In this document: in pieces, positions 41,840 through 52,960 of the stretch
Position numbering within the stretch: the stretch's first letter is position 1
How the letters are laid out: each line of letters begins with the position of its first letter
Origin: Carpediemonas membranifera BICM
Taxonomy: Eukaryota; Protista; Fornicata
DNA length: 64,000 bases
Direction: 5' to 3'
NCBI GenBank assembly: GCA_019828565.1
Contig: JAHDYR010000013.1
Span: forward strand, 1-64,000
Notes under the pieces: model-generated
Databases searched by the model: none
The model's input: the letters and a program-made list of their open reading frames with translations, nothing else
What the model was told of the DNA's origin: nothing
Program-made: the position numbers and the translations under genes

Positions 41840-43735
41840 ATGATATCCCCGAGTGCTCTCCAGGGCCAAAAAGGCTTATCGCGACTCCACATCTTTCTAG
41901 TTTCGTTCATTTTCTGTGTATGTATGCTTCTACTGCGCTTCGTTCTTGCTCTTTCGCCCTCCAGTCCGCCATATTACGCAGAGGGCCTTTCAATCCGCCT
42001 AATAACCTGGTCAGTGAACCAAAGCACAGCCATAGACGTCTCTCGTCTGACCATAGGCCTCAGTGACGTCCACGCCTTCACGCTGGTGCCCCATGTCACC
42101 GTCGTGGCCGCAGACCTCCCCCGGGACGTCGAGTACGGCATCACCAGCCTCCCAAACACTACTGTCCATCACTGTGCAACTATAGATGCCCTTGTCCCAG
42201 CCCTCAGCGCAGCCGTCATCGAGTCGACCGAGGATGTGGTGGTTGTGCTCGACCCCGCTCACATCCCGACGGGATCAGTGTCCGCCCGCCCCTTCAGCCT
42301 AGCGGGCATCCACATGATGCCGGGACACCGCCACTTTGTCGTAGCGGTCGGCCCGGAAGCCAAGCAGACCCTGGCTCAAGCCATCGGGGTGACCCGGTTG
42401 CCCTTGAGACCGTTGGACAGTGTCGACCCTGCTTTGAGGGACTGGAACCTGCTCACCTCAGACGTGCAGGTCATCGACGGCCATGCTTTCTACGGGGGCG
42501 ACTACGGCGGGTGGTTCGCCCCCAGAACGACCTTCGTCTACCCCGGACCGCACATGGACACACCGCAGCCGGCCGGACCGCCGCATTATTCCAGATTCAA
42601 CGATAGTCTCACCCCAATGCAGCGGGCACTCCATGCACACAGGATGAGATTGGACGATAGATTTGCATCCTTAGATTGGGTGGGAAGTGTCGTCTGTGAC
42701 AACGGTGATGGTCCAGGTCGCGTGGCGTTTGTGTGGTACTTTCCGTACGGATCTGCTGCGACCGTCGCGCGATACACCCGCATGGCCCTGTTGTCCGCTT
42801 TCTCTCTCAGGAGTACGACCGATGTGAGACTGCTGTTTGCATTCCAGGACAGTCATATTGAGTCAGATGCCGAATCTCTGGCGGTCATGGCAGATATGGG
42901 GGTTGAGTACGTCATAATCCCTGACAAGATTGACCGAGATTTTATAGATTCGATGAATCCGCTTCTCGACAAGTTCAAGCTGATCATGGAGCGGCTCAAT
43001 GTCGTCAAAATCAACAGATATCTCCCCCCTGAGCGCCAGCTCGACAAGATTGCCACACTTGACGCTGATATTGCCGCCGTCGAGGATCCGACGAGAATAT
43101 TCTGTCACCCCTCCGCATTTTATGGCATCATGGAGCGCGAGCAGGATTGGATCTTCAACGGCGGTCTCGCTGTCTATGATCTGAACCAAATCAACCCAGA
43201 TGAATTTGTTGACGACATCGTATCTTTTGGGAAAGATCCGGCTTCACCGTGTCTCTTTGACCGCATGTGGGCAGTGTCAGATCAGGAGCTGATCTCGTGC
43301 TACTTCATGAACCGTAAGCGGAACATCCCACTGCTGGGAAACAACATGTGCCAGCAGGTCGTTGATCTCCCAGATCTTGGGGCTCTGTACTATAATAGAT
43401 ACAGAGATAATCTTTTGATCCACCGCAACGGCGGCACCGGGCTCTACCATTACGTCCCCGCCCTCAAGCGCCGACTGGCCCTGTACTGGCCTGCCGAGCT
43501 CGCCCAATGCGTCAACGGGTACAGCACGACCGGCAATGTGCTCATCGACCGCATGGAGCCTGGTGTGTGCGACCGGTGTCGGTGCGTCGGTCGTGGGGTG
43601 GGTCGGGAGGACCACAGCTGGGCCGCCTTCTGGGCCCGGAACTCAGTGGGGCTGAGGCACGACCCTGCCCTGGTGTACAGAGCGGACCTGCACCCACAGC
43701 TGTCGCCAAGGGGTCTGGTGGCGGTGGGGGGGTGA
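41840..43735 (+). CDS. Membrane-anchored glycosyltransferase (GT-A fold, GT8-like)
   Basis: N-terminal TM; TLDADI (DxD), FNGGLAVY, SDQELISCYF. Confidence 0.8.
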   Translation: MISPSALQGQKGLSRLHIFLVSFIFCVCMLLLRFVLALSPSSPPYYAEGLSIRLITWSVNQSTAIDVSRLTIGLSDVHAFTLVPHVTVVAADLPRDVEYGITSLPNTTVHHCATIDALVPALSAAVIESTEDVVVVLDPAHIPTGSVSARPFSLAGIHMMPGHRHFVVAVGPEAKQTLAQAIGVTRLPLRPLDSVDPALRDWNLLTSDVQVIDGHAFYGGDYGGWFAPRTTFVYPGPHMDTPQPAGPPHYSRFNDSLTPMQRALHAHRMRLDDRFASLDWVGSVVCDNGDGPGRVAFVWYFPYGSAATVARYTRMALLSAFSLRSTTDVRLLFAFQDSHIESDAESLAVMADMGVEYVIIPDKIDRDFIDSMNPLLDKFKLIMERLNVVKINRYLPPERQLDKIATLDADIAAVEDPTRIFCHPSAFYGIMEREQDWIFNGGLAVYDLNQINPDEFVDDIVSFGKDPASPCLFDRMWAVSDQELISCYFMNRKRNIPLLGNNMCQQVVDLPDLGALYYNRYRDNLLIHRNGGTGLYHYVPALKRRLALYWPAELAQCVNGYSTTGNVLIDRMEPGVCDRCRCVGRGVGREDHSWAAFWARNSVGLRHDPALVYRADLHPQLSPRGLVAVGG

Positions 43736-43959
43736 TCCTGCAAACTGAGCTATGCTATGGCACTTGGAGGCCGGCCGGTCCCGAGTCTTACGTCGTGTCA
43801 GTCGCTTATCTGGGGCAATGTTGTAAAGAGAGGGTTGTTGTCTCGTCGTCTTTTCTTCACTCAACCCATTTTCTTCAATCCGTCGAAGTCAAACAGACAT
43901 AACAATCCCCCGAGCTGGTCCTTTACAATAGCAACACATGCCACTATAGACCACACACG

Positions 43960-44958
43960 TCAATCCTCCTCGGCCTCAGGCTCGTGGACCCAGGCCGAGT
44001 CCATCAGCAGCGGGTCATCCTCCAGCACCGGAAGCAGGGACTGGTTGGGGCCAGTGTAGTCGGTGGCGTCTGGTAGCTCGCTACAGTGGGTGGTACGAAG
44101 ATGGTTGATGAATGATATGCGGTCATACGTGCCCAGTGCCGCTACAGCTGCCCGCCATCGGCTCAGATCCACACCGTGTTCCGACAGACAGTGTCCGTCG
44201 AGGGCAGACACTGATCCAACGGCGGCCTCGCATATGAAGCAGGGGACGGCCGGGCCAGGAAGAGAGGGCTCCTCGTACTCATCCTCTGAGGAGTCAGGCA
44301 GGGGTTCGGGGGAGCGGTAGCCGGTCTCGGGGGGCGGGGCTAGGGCGGTAAGGTAGTTCTTCATGTAGAATCGATCAAATCGGCTATCTGATGGGTGTAG
44401 CCGTGCGTGTCTCTTCTTCCGCAAGTGCGACCGGAGCGACTGGTTGTTCTGGAACTGACCGTTGCAGTAGATGCACACCTTGTCCATCGTGACGCCCCTG
44501 ATGAGGTCGAACATGTCCTCCACGAAGACGAGGTTGTTGGGCTGGCCGCACCGAAGGCCATGGACGTCCAGGAGGTGCTCCAGGGCCGCTGTCTTGTCTG
44601 TGGAAAGCGGTTCGGTGCACATGACGCATTTGGAAGGCTTGAGGGGCTGTGTACGCTCGGCTTCTTGAGCGTCGAGGGCGGATGCACGGTAAGACTCAAG
44701 GCATGCTTCCAGGGCCGCGATCACATGAGGGTCGGTGGAGACAACATGGGTGGTGCCAAAGTCGTCCTGGTTGCCGCACAGTTCATCGTTTGCAAGCTCT
44801 ACAAGGGCGGGAAGGAACTCGAGGGGCATTGAGAGCGCCTCGGCATCGTGGATGAAGATTGAATGCTCCTGCCTGATATGATCTAGAATATCATCCATGG
44901 TCGTTATCTCTGTTGGGCCACAGAGCGGGCATTCGAGTGTTCCCACTTTCTGGTTCAT
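43960..44958 (-). CDS. ZNF277: ZNF277-like C2H2 zinc finger protein
   Basis: GQPNNLVFV, CIYC...LRSHLRKKRH, FDRFYMKNYL, LLPVLEDDPLL. Confidence 0.85.
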   Translation of the reverse strand: MNQKVGTLECPLCGPTEITTMDDILDHIRQEHSIFIHDAEALSMPLEFLPALVELANDELCGNQDDFGTTHVVSTDPHVIAALEACLESYRASALDAQEAERTQPLKPSKCVMCTEPLSTDKTAALEHLLDVHGLRCGQPNNLVFVEDMFDLIRGVTMDKVCIYCNGQFQNNQSLRSHLRKKRHARLHPSDSRFDRFYMKNYLTALAPPPETGYRSPEPLPDSSEDEYEEPSLPGPAVPCFICEAAVGSVSALDGHCLSEHGVDLSRWRAAVAALGTYDRISFINHLRTTHCSELPDATDYTGPNQSLLPVLEDDPLLMDSAWVHEPEAEED

Positions 44959-45145
44959 TATGACCCAATTCTGAGAGTCAAGCAGCATCCTGGTCTCGGT
45001 GCCGCAGCACTGCACTCCCAGACAACGCACCAACGACCCACCACAACCCAGCATTATCCTCGACTCACCGGCGGAGTCGGGTTTGGTTGTCTGACATGCC
45101 CTTGGAGACTTGACACTCATCAAAACTCGCGAAGGCGTCATATGG

Positions 45146-47141
45146 ATGTCCTTGGAAACAGATGTCCTTGTAGTAGTACTTCTACTATTCTTCGTGGTCC
45201 TTGGCCTGTCGCTCTTCCATTGCGCCGGCATTCACGCTCTCCCCGAGTCCTCGATCGCGATTGTTATAGGAATGATCGTCGGAGTGTTCGTAGAGCTCTT
45301 CCTAAGCACCTCTTCGAGCCTGTACTCCTTCCTCGTCTTCGACACCGACGTCTTCTTCTACATTGTTCGTCCCGTCCCACCGCCCTCACACAGCTGCTTC
45401 CGCCCATCCTCCTGGACTCTGGATACCTGCTTAATAAGACCGTACGTGCCTCCTAGCTCGCTTACACAGCAGTTGTTTCGGAACTTCGGCACCATTATGC
45501 TCTATGCTATCGTCGGCACCATCCTCAAGTACGTCACCCCGCCCCAGCTGACACAGCGCTTTTTTCACTGCAGCATCGGTATGGGCTGCCCCACAGCTGT
45601 TCGGTGGCTCCATCGAGCCCTCGTTTGTTGAGGCAGTAACCTTTGGCGCGCTCATAAGCGCCGTCGACCCCGTCGCCGTCCTCGCCATCTTCGAGGAGAC
45701 GCAAGTCAACGACTTTCTCTCTATCCTTGTTAGCGGCGAGAGTCTTATGAATGATGCCGCGTCTATCGTGCTGTTCCAGGGCTTCAGGGCCTTGGTGGGC
45801 GAGACGGTCACATTCTGGTCGATTGTTTGGCTCGTGCTCAAGTTTTTTATCGTGGTGGTCGCCTCAACCATCATCGGATTCCTTTTCGCAGCTTTAGGCT
45901 CCCTTATTACGAAATATCTCACCCGAAAGGTGTCCGTTGCTGAGACCCTCGTCATGTTCTTAACCTCTCTCCTAGCATACGTCATATGCGATATCCTGAC
46001 TCTGTCTGGAGTCATCGGCATCCTGACTGCGTCCATCGCTCACTCCCACTACACTGACAGGAATTTGAGCGGGCGGTCGTTGACGTCGGCCAGATACATA
46101 TTCAGGGCTCTAGCGATGATCGCCGAGACAATCATATTTGTCCAGCTGGGGATAGCATTCTTCACAGAAAACGTCTGGCTGGTCAACTGGCTTCAGCTTA
46201 TCTGGGTGTATCTGACGATCTCCGTATCTCGGCTGATGTTTACCATTCTCCTCTCTTGGCTGTCGAATCTATTCCGACCGCCATCCGAGCAGATATCATG
46301 GCGCGACGAGTTTGTCTTAACATACGGCGGGCTCAGGGGCGCCATCGCCTTTGGTCTGGCCATCGACTTCCCCGAGGAGGACGAGGAGCTGCGGACCGCC
46401 GTCATCCGGATTACCCTGCTCATCGTGCTCATAACGGTCTTTCTCCAGGGCTCGACGATGAAGTATGTCCTTAAGCTGCTCGAGATTAGCCTCCGAGACC
46501 GGCGCGCGGCCGAGCAGGAGGACAGCCTGCCAGTGCAGACGCTCATGGCGGCGGTGCCGCAGGTCGTGAGTGGAATTTACGTGATATCTGGCCATGGGTC
46601 GTTGTTACATAACCTGGCCAAGTGGGATGCCCGATTTATCGTCCCCGTGCTAACCAGGGTGCCAATCGTTCACGGCGAGGCTCTGATCATGGCGTTTGAC
46701 CGCGACCTGCACACTACCGCCGCCACGGCTGGGGCCCGGCTTGGCGTCTCTCCAGCAGTGGCCAGCAGCGGGAGCTCTACCCTGAGACGTCCGCTCCAGT
46801 TCGGGTACAGGACGAGCGAGGCCCTCGGGGTCGACACAGAGCCCCGTGTGTACGCCGGGTCGCCCTCCGAGTATGTGCCGGCATCGCCAGCTATGGGGTC
46901 GACCGATGAACCCACCAGCAGCGACAGTGAGGCCGGGGAGCGGCACCACATACCTACCACACCTCCCAGCACCCCACCTGACACTGAGCACCTCGAGCCG
47001 CCAGAGGAGGAGGAGCATGCACCTGAAGCTGAGAGCCCGCCGCTGATGGACTTGGGCCTCGCGCTGAGGGGGCCGAGATACCTCAGGCCGAGGAGACTGG
47101 AGGCAACGCCGGCCATCACACGGCGGCGGCCCAGTAGGTAG
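45146..47141 (+). CDS. Na+/H+ exchanger (CPA1/NHE); introns 45365-45393, 45442-45469, 45529-45556
   Basis: LPESS, FFYILLPPI, SAVDPVAVLAIF, GESLMNDA, GGLRGAIAF. Confidence 0.93.
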
Positions 47142-47695
47142 TGGTGGTAGTAAAGTTATTGGACGAGAGCCCGCTGAATAGCTTGGGGTCCTCTTGGGAA
47201 CGCTCCAGGTCAGGTCTCCCCGCAGCCCGTGGTTCCATGCTTGTCCGGACTGGCATCTACCGACCCCACTGGCACAAGCGACGTTCTGAGGTTGAGCAGT
47301 GTGCACTCTGATCCGAATTGACGTTCAATGGTCTGATGGACTTGAATCCACGGCAAAATGGGCCAGCGGTGAGAACAGGCGGGATGATTGGGTGCTAGTA
47401 ACTAGCGGCCGACGGAGAGGCAGACCTTAGCCAACCCACCTTCCGTTTTTCCACTCTGTGTCACAGGGAACGAAAAGCCTTTCAAGATTAGTCAACCACC
47501 CAACTTAATCGCCCAGCTGCCTTTTGTTCCAGCTCGTGCCACCTATGGAGTCTCGTCCGGTCTTCCCGTAGTAGGGTTGAGCCTTGTCGGGTCTATTTTA
47601 GTAATTTTTCGAGCAAGCAAACGAACCGGGCTCGTTCTCGAAGCCAAGGTTCAAACACCAGAGTTCTTTTCGTTACTTTATGATCATTGTCGCGT

Positions 47696-48739
47696 ATGAG
47701 CCTCCACAACTACTCTAATCGGCATAGATTTCTTTCAACAACCTCACAAGCATCTTTCAAGGTTCCCACGGGCCAGGTATCCTTCCAAGCTCCCAAACGA
47801 CCCATCGGGCCCCTCAGTTCCGATAAGATGATCCCTCTCCTTTCAAAATCATCCTACGATCTCAACAAGCATTTCCGTAACACATTCAATTTCTCTGAGG
47901 AAAGCGTAGCGAGACACCTCCGCCGCCTGCTGATGCCAGACACCGCCAGCGTGCGCGAGGGCTACTCCGTCGACGAGATCATCAACGCGCAGGTTTCTGT
48001 GATCATTGGCGGGATGAGTCGCGACGTCTCCCCATCCTATGAGCCATGGATCCTCTTCGAGCACAGGTCACCAGACACCAACTTCCCCAACGACCTGTGT
48101 CTTGCTGGCGGTTTGGTTAAGGCGTCGGAGATGACTGACCCGCGGTCGGCCATTCTACGAGAAATGGAGGAGGAGGCGGCCTTGATGGTCGACGGCATCC
48201 GTATATCAGGCGCCCTGCGTAATATTATGCTCAAGAGGGTCGACGAGACCCACAAGGGCCCAAGGCGTAGACTCATTAACGTTATTCCCATCGTCACATT
48301 CAGCCGCCGTCCGATTGATTCATTCAAGCTTGACCCCCAATACCGGGAGGTCCAGCGCCTCCTTGCCGCCAACTTCCGGTCTCTCTTGATCAACAGCAAG
48401 CACTACGCCACGCACGAGGACATCCTCTCCGACGGCCCCCTGCTCAGAGACAACCTCCCCGCCCCCCTGGTCAAGCAGTGGGGCAAGCAGGGCGCGGTCA
48501 CGCTGTGCACCACCCCCGCGGATTACCCGTACACCAACCCCGTCGCCTTCTCCCAGCCCCGGGCCGACGACCCCGTCGCCGTGCTCGACCCGTACGCCCT
48601 TCGTACGGTCAGCCTGACTGAGCCTGACAAGCCGCCCGCCGAGCAGGACCTGAGCTATGGGCTGACCGGGGCTATTATCAACAGGATGGTTGAGGTACTG
48701 CTTGGGGGACTGAAGACGATGACGCCCCACAGGAGGTAG
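47696..48739 (+). CDS. Nudix hydrolase (NUDT7/8 CoA-pyrophosphatase-like)
   Basis: LCLAGG...AILREMEEE Nudix box; YGLTG. Confidence 0.8.
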   Translation: MSLHNYSNRHRFLSTTSQASFKVPTGQVSFQAPKRPIGPLSSDKMIPLLSKSSYDLNKHFRNTFNFSEESVARHLRRLLMPDTASVREGYSVDEIINAQVSVIIGGMSRDVSPSYEPWILFEHRSPDTNFPNDLCLAGGLVKASEMTDPRSAILREMEEEAALMVDGIRISGALRNIMLKRVDETHKGPRRRLINVIPIVTFSRRPIDSFKLDPQYREVQRLLAANFRSLLINSKHYATHEDILSDGPLLRDNLPAPLVKQWGKQGAVTLCTTPADYPYTNPVAFSQPRADDPVAVLDPYALRTVSLTEPDKPPAEQDLSYGLTGAIINRMVEVLLGGLKTMTPHRR

Positions 48740-49168
48740 CATTGGTCTGCCCGGCTTGCATTTGTGAGTAAACCCCATCGGATTGCTTCTTGATTGTGAC
48801 TTGACTCTGATTTCGTAAGTCAGGTTGTGAAGATCTTCAGATTTGACCGAAACAAATTCGAGACTTCATGGCGCCCCCGGCAGTGAAATTTAATCCAAGC
48901 TCACTATTGCCATATGGATGAATGGAATGCCAATGGAATACGATGCTAACGCTTGCTTGCTGATCCAGGAGATCCTGTGCTCCTGACTCCATCAGACCCT
49001 CGCTTTTTCTTCGTTCACCAAAAATACCTTTGAGATTCTGGGTGTCACGCCCACACTACCCTGGGCCGGACGAGCCAGTCGAGAACGTATAAGCGGTGCG
49101 TCTCGATTCGTCAAATGACTTGCCGTGACTTTCGGCTCAAACCCCCCGGTCTAAAGGAAACTTCGTCA

Positions 49169-52100
49169 ATGGCTCACCAAATTACCTGTGATGGCAACGA
49201 AGCTGTTGCTAGAATCGCACACTTCCTGTCCGACAGCATTATTCTCTTCCCCATCACTCCCTCTACCCCCATGGGTGAATTGTCCGACGTTTTCAACGTT
49301 CAGGGCAAGAAGAATATCTTTGAGCAGCCTGTTGCGATCCACCAGATGCAGTCTGAGGCTGGTGTTTCTGGTGCCGTCCACGGCGCTCTCTTTGGCGGTG
49401 CTCTGACTACCACGTTCACTACCTCACAGGGCCTTCTCCTCATGATCCCCAACATGTACAAGATCGCCGGCGAGTGCCTCCCCGGTGTCATCCACTGCGC
49501 CACCCGTGCCCTCGGCACCCACTCCCAGACCATCTACCCCGACCACCAGGATGCCATGGCTATCCGTAACACCGGCTGGTGCATGCTCGCATCCTCCTCT
49601 GTCCAGGAGGCTATGGACCTCGCCCTCGTGTCCCACCTGACTGCCATGGACTGCTCCCTGCCTTTCTTCCACTTCTTTGATGGTTTCCGTACTTCCCACG
49701 AGATCATGAAGATCAAGGAGATCCCCCAGGAGGATGTCGCCAAGATGGTCGACCACGACGCCATCGAGCGCTTCCGTGCCTCATGCGCCTCCCCCGCCCA
49801 CCCTGAGGTGCGCGGCGCCATCACTGGCTACGAGACTTACTTCCAGTCCTCCGAGGCCATCAACCCCCTGTACAACGCCGTCCCCGCCTCCTGCCAGAAG
49901 ATGATGGACAAGGTCGCCTCCTACACCGGCCGCCAGTACCACACTATGGACTACCACGGCGCCCCCGACGCCGAGCGCGTCATCGTCGTCATGGGCTCCG
50001 CTGCCGGTGCCGCTGCTGAGGCCGTCGACTTCCTGACCGCCCGCGGTGAGAAGGTCGGCGTGGTCAACGTCCGCCTCTTCCGTCCCTTCGACGTGGAGAA
50101 GATCCGCGACGTCATCCCTGCCACGTGCAAGCGTGTGGCCGTCCTCGACCGCACCAAGGAGACCGGCGCTGCCGGTGAGCCCCTCTTCCTCGACGTCTGC
50201 TCCGCCTTCGCCTCTGTCCCCGAGCGCGGTATCCAGGTCATCGGTGGCCGCTACGGCCTCGGCGGCAAGGAGTTCAGCCCCACCACCGCTGCCGGTGTCT
50301 TCGACAACCTCGCCCTCGAGACGCCCAAGACCCGCTTCACCGTGGGCATCAACGACGACGTGACCCACCTCTCGATCCCCACTCCCGAGCGCATCGACGC
50401 CGTCCCCGAGGGCACCGTGCAGTGCATGTTCTGGGGCCTCGGTGCTGACGGTACCGTGGGCGCCAACAAGACTGCCATCAAGATCATCGGCAACAACACC
50501 GACCTCTCCGCCCAGGGCTACTTCGTGTACGACGCCAAGAAGTCTGGCGGCCTCACTGTCTCCCACCTCAGGTTCGGGCCCCAGGAGATCAAGTCCAGCT
50601 ACCTCATCGACAACGCCGACTACATCGCCTGCCACAACCCCGCCTTCCTCAACATCTACAAGCACAAGCTCGTCGAGCCCATCAAGGAGGGCGGCTCCTT
50701 TGTCGTCAACGGCCGGTTCAGCAACGTCGACGAGTTCGGTGCCGCCATCGATGCCCGCACTAAGCGCATCCTCGCCCGCCGCCACGCCAAGGTCTACGCC
50801 ATCGACGCCGAGCACATTGCCCGCGAGGTTGGCCTTGGATCCCGCATCAACATGGTCATGCAGACTGTGTTCTTCGGCCTTGCCAACGTCATCCCCATGG
50901 AGCACGCCATCTCTCTCCTCAAGAAGGAGATCGAGAAGACGTACGGCCGCAAGGGCAAGGACATTGTCGAGATGAACTGGAAGGCTGTGGACGCCTCGAT
51001 GGCCGCCATCAAGCCCCTCCCCATCCCCGAGGAGTGGGCCAACGTCGAGGTCGAGCGCCAGGAGATCGACTGGTCCCGCCCCGACTTCGTCCGTAACTTC
51101 ATGGACCGCGTCAACACCCAGACGGCCAACGAGCTCCCCGTCTCTGCCATGCCATACGCCGGCCGTTACCCCGTGTCCACCACCCAGTACGAGAAGCGCG
51201 CCATCTCGACCCGCATCCCCGAGTGGAACATGGAGGCGTGCTCCCAGTGCAACACCTGCGCCATGGTCTGCCCCCACGCCGTCATCCGCCCCTACCTCGT
51301 CGACGACAAGGCGTACGAGAACCGCCCCTTCGACTCTGCCCTCCCCAAGGCCAAGGGCAAGAAGTTCAAGGGCCTCCGCTTCATGATCCAGCCCTCTCCT
51401 CTCGACTGCACTGGCTGTGGCGTGTGCGCTGAGACGTGCCCCGACGACGCCCTCCGCATGGTCGACATCGCCCCCGTCCGCGACGCCAACGTCGAGAAGT
51501 ACGAGTGGGCCCACGCCCTGCCCCTCCGCGAAGAGCTCATGGACAAGTTCTCCGTCAAGGGCTCCCAGTTCCAGCAGCCCCTGCTCGAGTTCTCAGGCGC
51601 TTGCCCCGGCTGCGCTGAGACTCCCGTCGTCCGCCTCGTCACCCAGCTCTACGGCAAGCGCATGACCATCTCCAACGCCTCTGGCTGCTCCGTCGTCTGG
51701 TCTGCCACTGCCGGCCCCAGCCCCTACACGACCGACGGCGAGGGGCACGGTCCCACCTACGCCAACTCACTCTTCGAGGACGGCGCCGAGTTTGGTGCTG
51801 GCCACGTGTTCGCCTACACCCAGCGCCGCGAGAAGCTCATGCTCGAGGCAGACAAGGTCCTCGCCTGCAAGTGCGACATCCCTGCTGATCTCCGCTCCGC
51901 CCTCGAGGCCTGGCGCGCCTCTGCCGAGGACGGCGAGCAGACTGCCAAGACCGCTCCCGCTCTCATCGCCGCCCTCGCCGACGAGTCACGCTACGCCAAG
52001 GCCACCTGCCTCGAGTCCCTGAAGTACCTCAAGATGGACCAGGATATGCTTGTCAAGCCCTCCGTCTGGATCATGGGCGGTGACGGCTGGGCCGAGGACA

Positions 52101-52690
52101 TTGGCTTCGCCGGTATCGACCACATTGTCGCCTCTGGGGTCGACTGCAACATGCTCGTCTTTGACAACGGTGTGTACGCCAACACTGGCGGCCAGAAGTC
52201 CAAGGCCACCCCCCTCGGTGCCGTCCAGAACTTCGCCCGTAACGGCCAGGAGCATGCCCGCAAGGACCTTGCTGCGATGATGATGACGTATGGTGACGTC
52301 TACGTCGCCTCCGTCTCGCTCTCGGACCCCAAGCACCTCCTCAACTGCATCAAGGAGGCCGAGGCCTTCCACGGCCCCTCCCTGCTCGTCTACAACTCCC
52401 CCTGCATCAACTGGGGTATCAAGGGCGGCATGACCCAGATGGTCAACCAGTCCAAGCTCATGGTCGACTCCGGCATGTGGAACCTCTGGAGCTACGACCC
52501 CCGTCGCGGTGAGAACATGCAGGACAAGGTCGTCATCTCCTCGGAGCCCGACTTCGAGAAGGTGCCCCTGGTCCTCGAGAGCCAGGTGCGGTTCCAGTCG
52601 CTCTCTGAGGCCCGTAAGGCTGAGCTTCACCCCAAGCTCATCCAGGACCTCAAGACCAAGTGGGCCAACCTCAACAACCTCCGCAAGTAA
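49169..52690 (+). CDS. PFOR: Pyruvate:ferredoxin oxidoreductase
   Basis: FPITPST, GGRYGLG, GADGTVGANK, two 4Fe-4S motifs, EFSGACPGC, GGDGW; strong codon bias. Confidence 0.99.
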   Translation: MAHQITCDGNEAVARIAHFLSDSIILFPITPSTPMGELSDVFNVQGKKNIFEQPVAIHQMQSEAGVSGAVHGALFGGALTTTFTTSQGLLLMIPNMYKIAGECLPGVIHCATRALGTHSQTIYPDHQDAMAIRNTGWCMLASSSVQEAMDLALVSHLTAMDCSLPFFHFFDGFRTSHEIMKIKEIPQEDVAKMVDHDAIERFRASCASPAHPEVRGAITGYETYFQSSEAINPLYNAVPASCQKMMDKVASYTGRQYHTMDYHGAPDAERVIVVMGSAAGAAAEAVDFLTARGEKVGVVNVRLFRPFDVEKIRDVIPATCKRVAVLDRTKETGAAGEPLFLDVCSAFASVPERGIQVIGGRYGLGGKEFSPTTAAGVFDNLALETPKTRFTVGINDDVTHLSIPTPERIDAVPEGTVQCMFWGLGADGTVGANKTAIKIIGNNTDLSAQGYFVYDAKKSGGLTVSHLRFGPQEIKSSYLIDNADYIACHNPAFLNIYKHKLVEPIKEGGSFVVNGRFSNVDEFGAAIDARTKRILARRHAKVYAIDAEHIAREVGLGSRINMVMQTVFFGLANVIPMEHAISLLKKEIEKTYGRKGKDIVEMNWKAVDASMAAIKPLPIPEEWANVEVERQEIDWSRPDFVRNFMDRVNTQTANELPVSAMPYAGRYPVSTTQYEKRAISTRIPEWNMEACSQCNTCAMVCPHAVIRPYLVDDKAYENRPFDSALPKAKGKKFKGLRFMIQPSPLDCTGCGVCAETCPDDALRMVDIAPVRDANVEKYEWAHALPLREELMDKFSVKGSQFQQPLLEFSGACPGCAETPVVRLVTQLYGKRMTISNASGCSVVWSATAGPSPYTTDGEGHGPTYANSLFEDGAEFGAGHVFAYTQRREKLMLEADKVLACKCDIPADLRSALEAWRASAEDGEQTAKTAPALIAALADESRYAKATCLESLKYLKMDQDMLVKPSVWIMGGDGWAEDIGFAGIDHIVASGVDCNMLVFDNGVYANTGGQKSKATPLGAVQNFARNGQEHARKDLAAMMMTYGDVYVASVSLSDPKHLLNCIKEAEAFHGPSLLVYNSPCINWGIKGGMTQMVNQSKLMVDSGMWNLWSYDPRRGENMQDKVVISSEPDFEKVPLVLESQVRFQSLSEARKAELHPKLIQDLKTKWANLNNLRK

Positions 52691-52772
52691 ATATTTTTAA
52701 CTAAGGCTTAAAGCTGTTGGTGTGGAAGACTAGAATCGAACAGATCACTAGTTGACTCGGCAGTGTCTGTCC

Positions 52773-52855
52773 TAAAGTGCGGTGGCTATGGTGGAGACAC
52801 ACTGCCGTTGGGGTAGAAGAAGTTCTGCCGTTGGGGCGCTGATTGTAAACATCCG
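52773..52855 (+). repeat. Dispersed structured repeat, copy B
   Basis: Matches copies A and C. Confidence 0.9.
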
Positions 52856-52960
52856 AGTTCTGGTTAGTGAAACTACAAGCGATTGGACTAATCAGTTGAT
52901 TAGTTCGCAGTTTATGCCACTTGGACTCTCGTTTTCGTTGTGCGACGAAGCTGAAGCTTT

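Noticed and set aside
47160-47690. Possible RNase P/MRP or other ncRNA in the long intergenic gap
   Set aside because: Could not identify the conserved P4 regions
49781-51514. Long antisense ORFs (also 18663-20216, 16659-17837, 62181-63698, 56432-57178 and others)
   Set aside because: Shadow frames produced by high GC3 codon bias opposite well-identified genes
52773-52855. 5S rRNA, tRNA or hammerhead identity for the dispersed repeat
   Set aside because: Diagnostic conserved motifs were not found by eye
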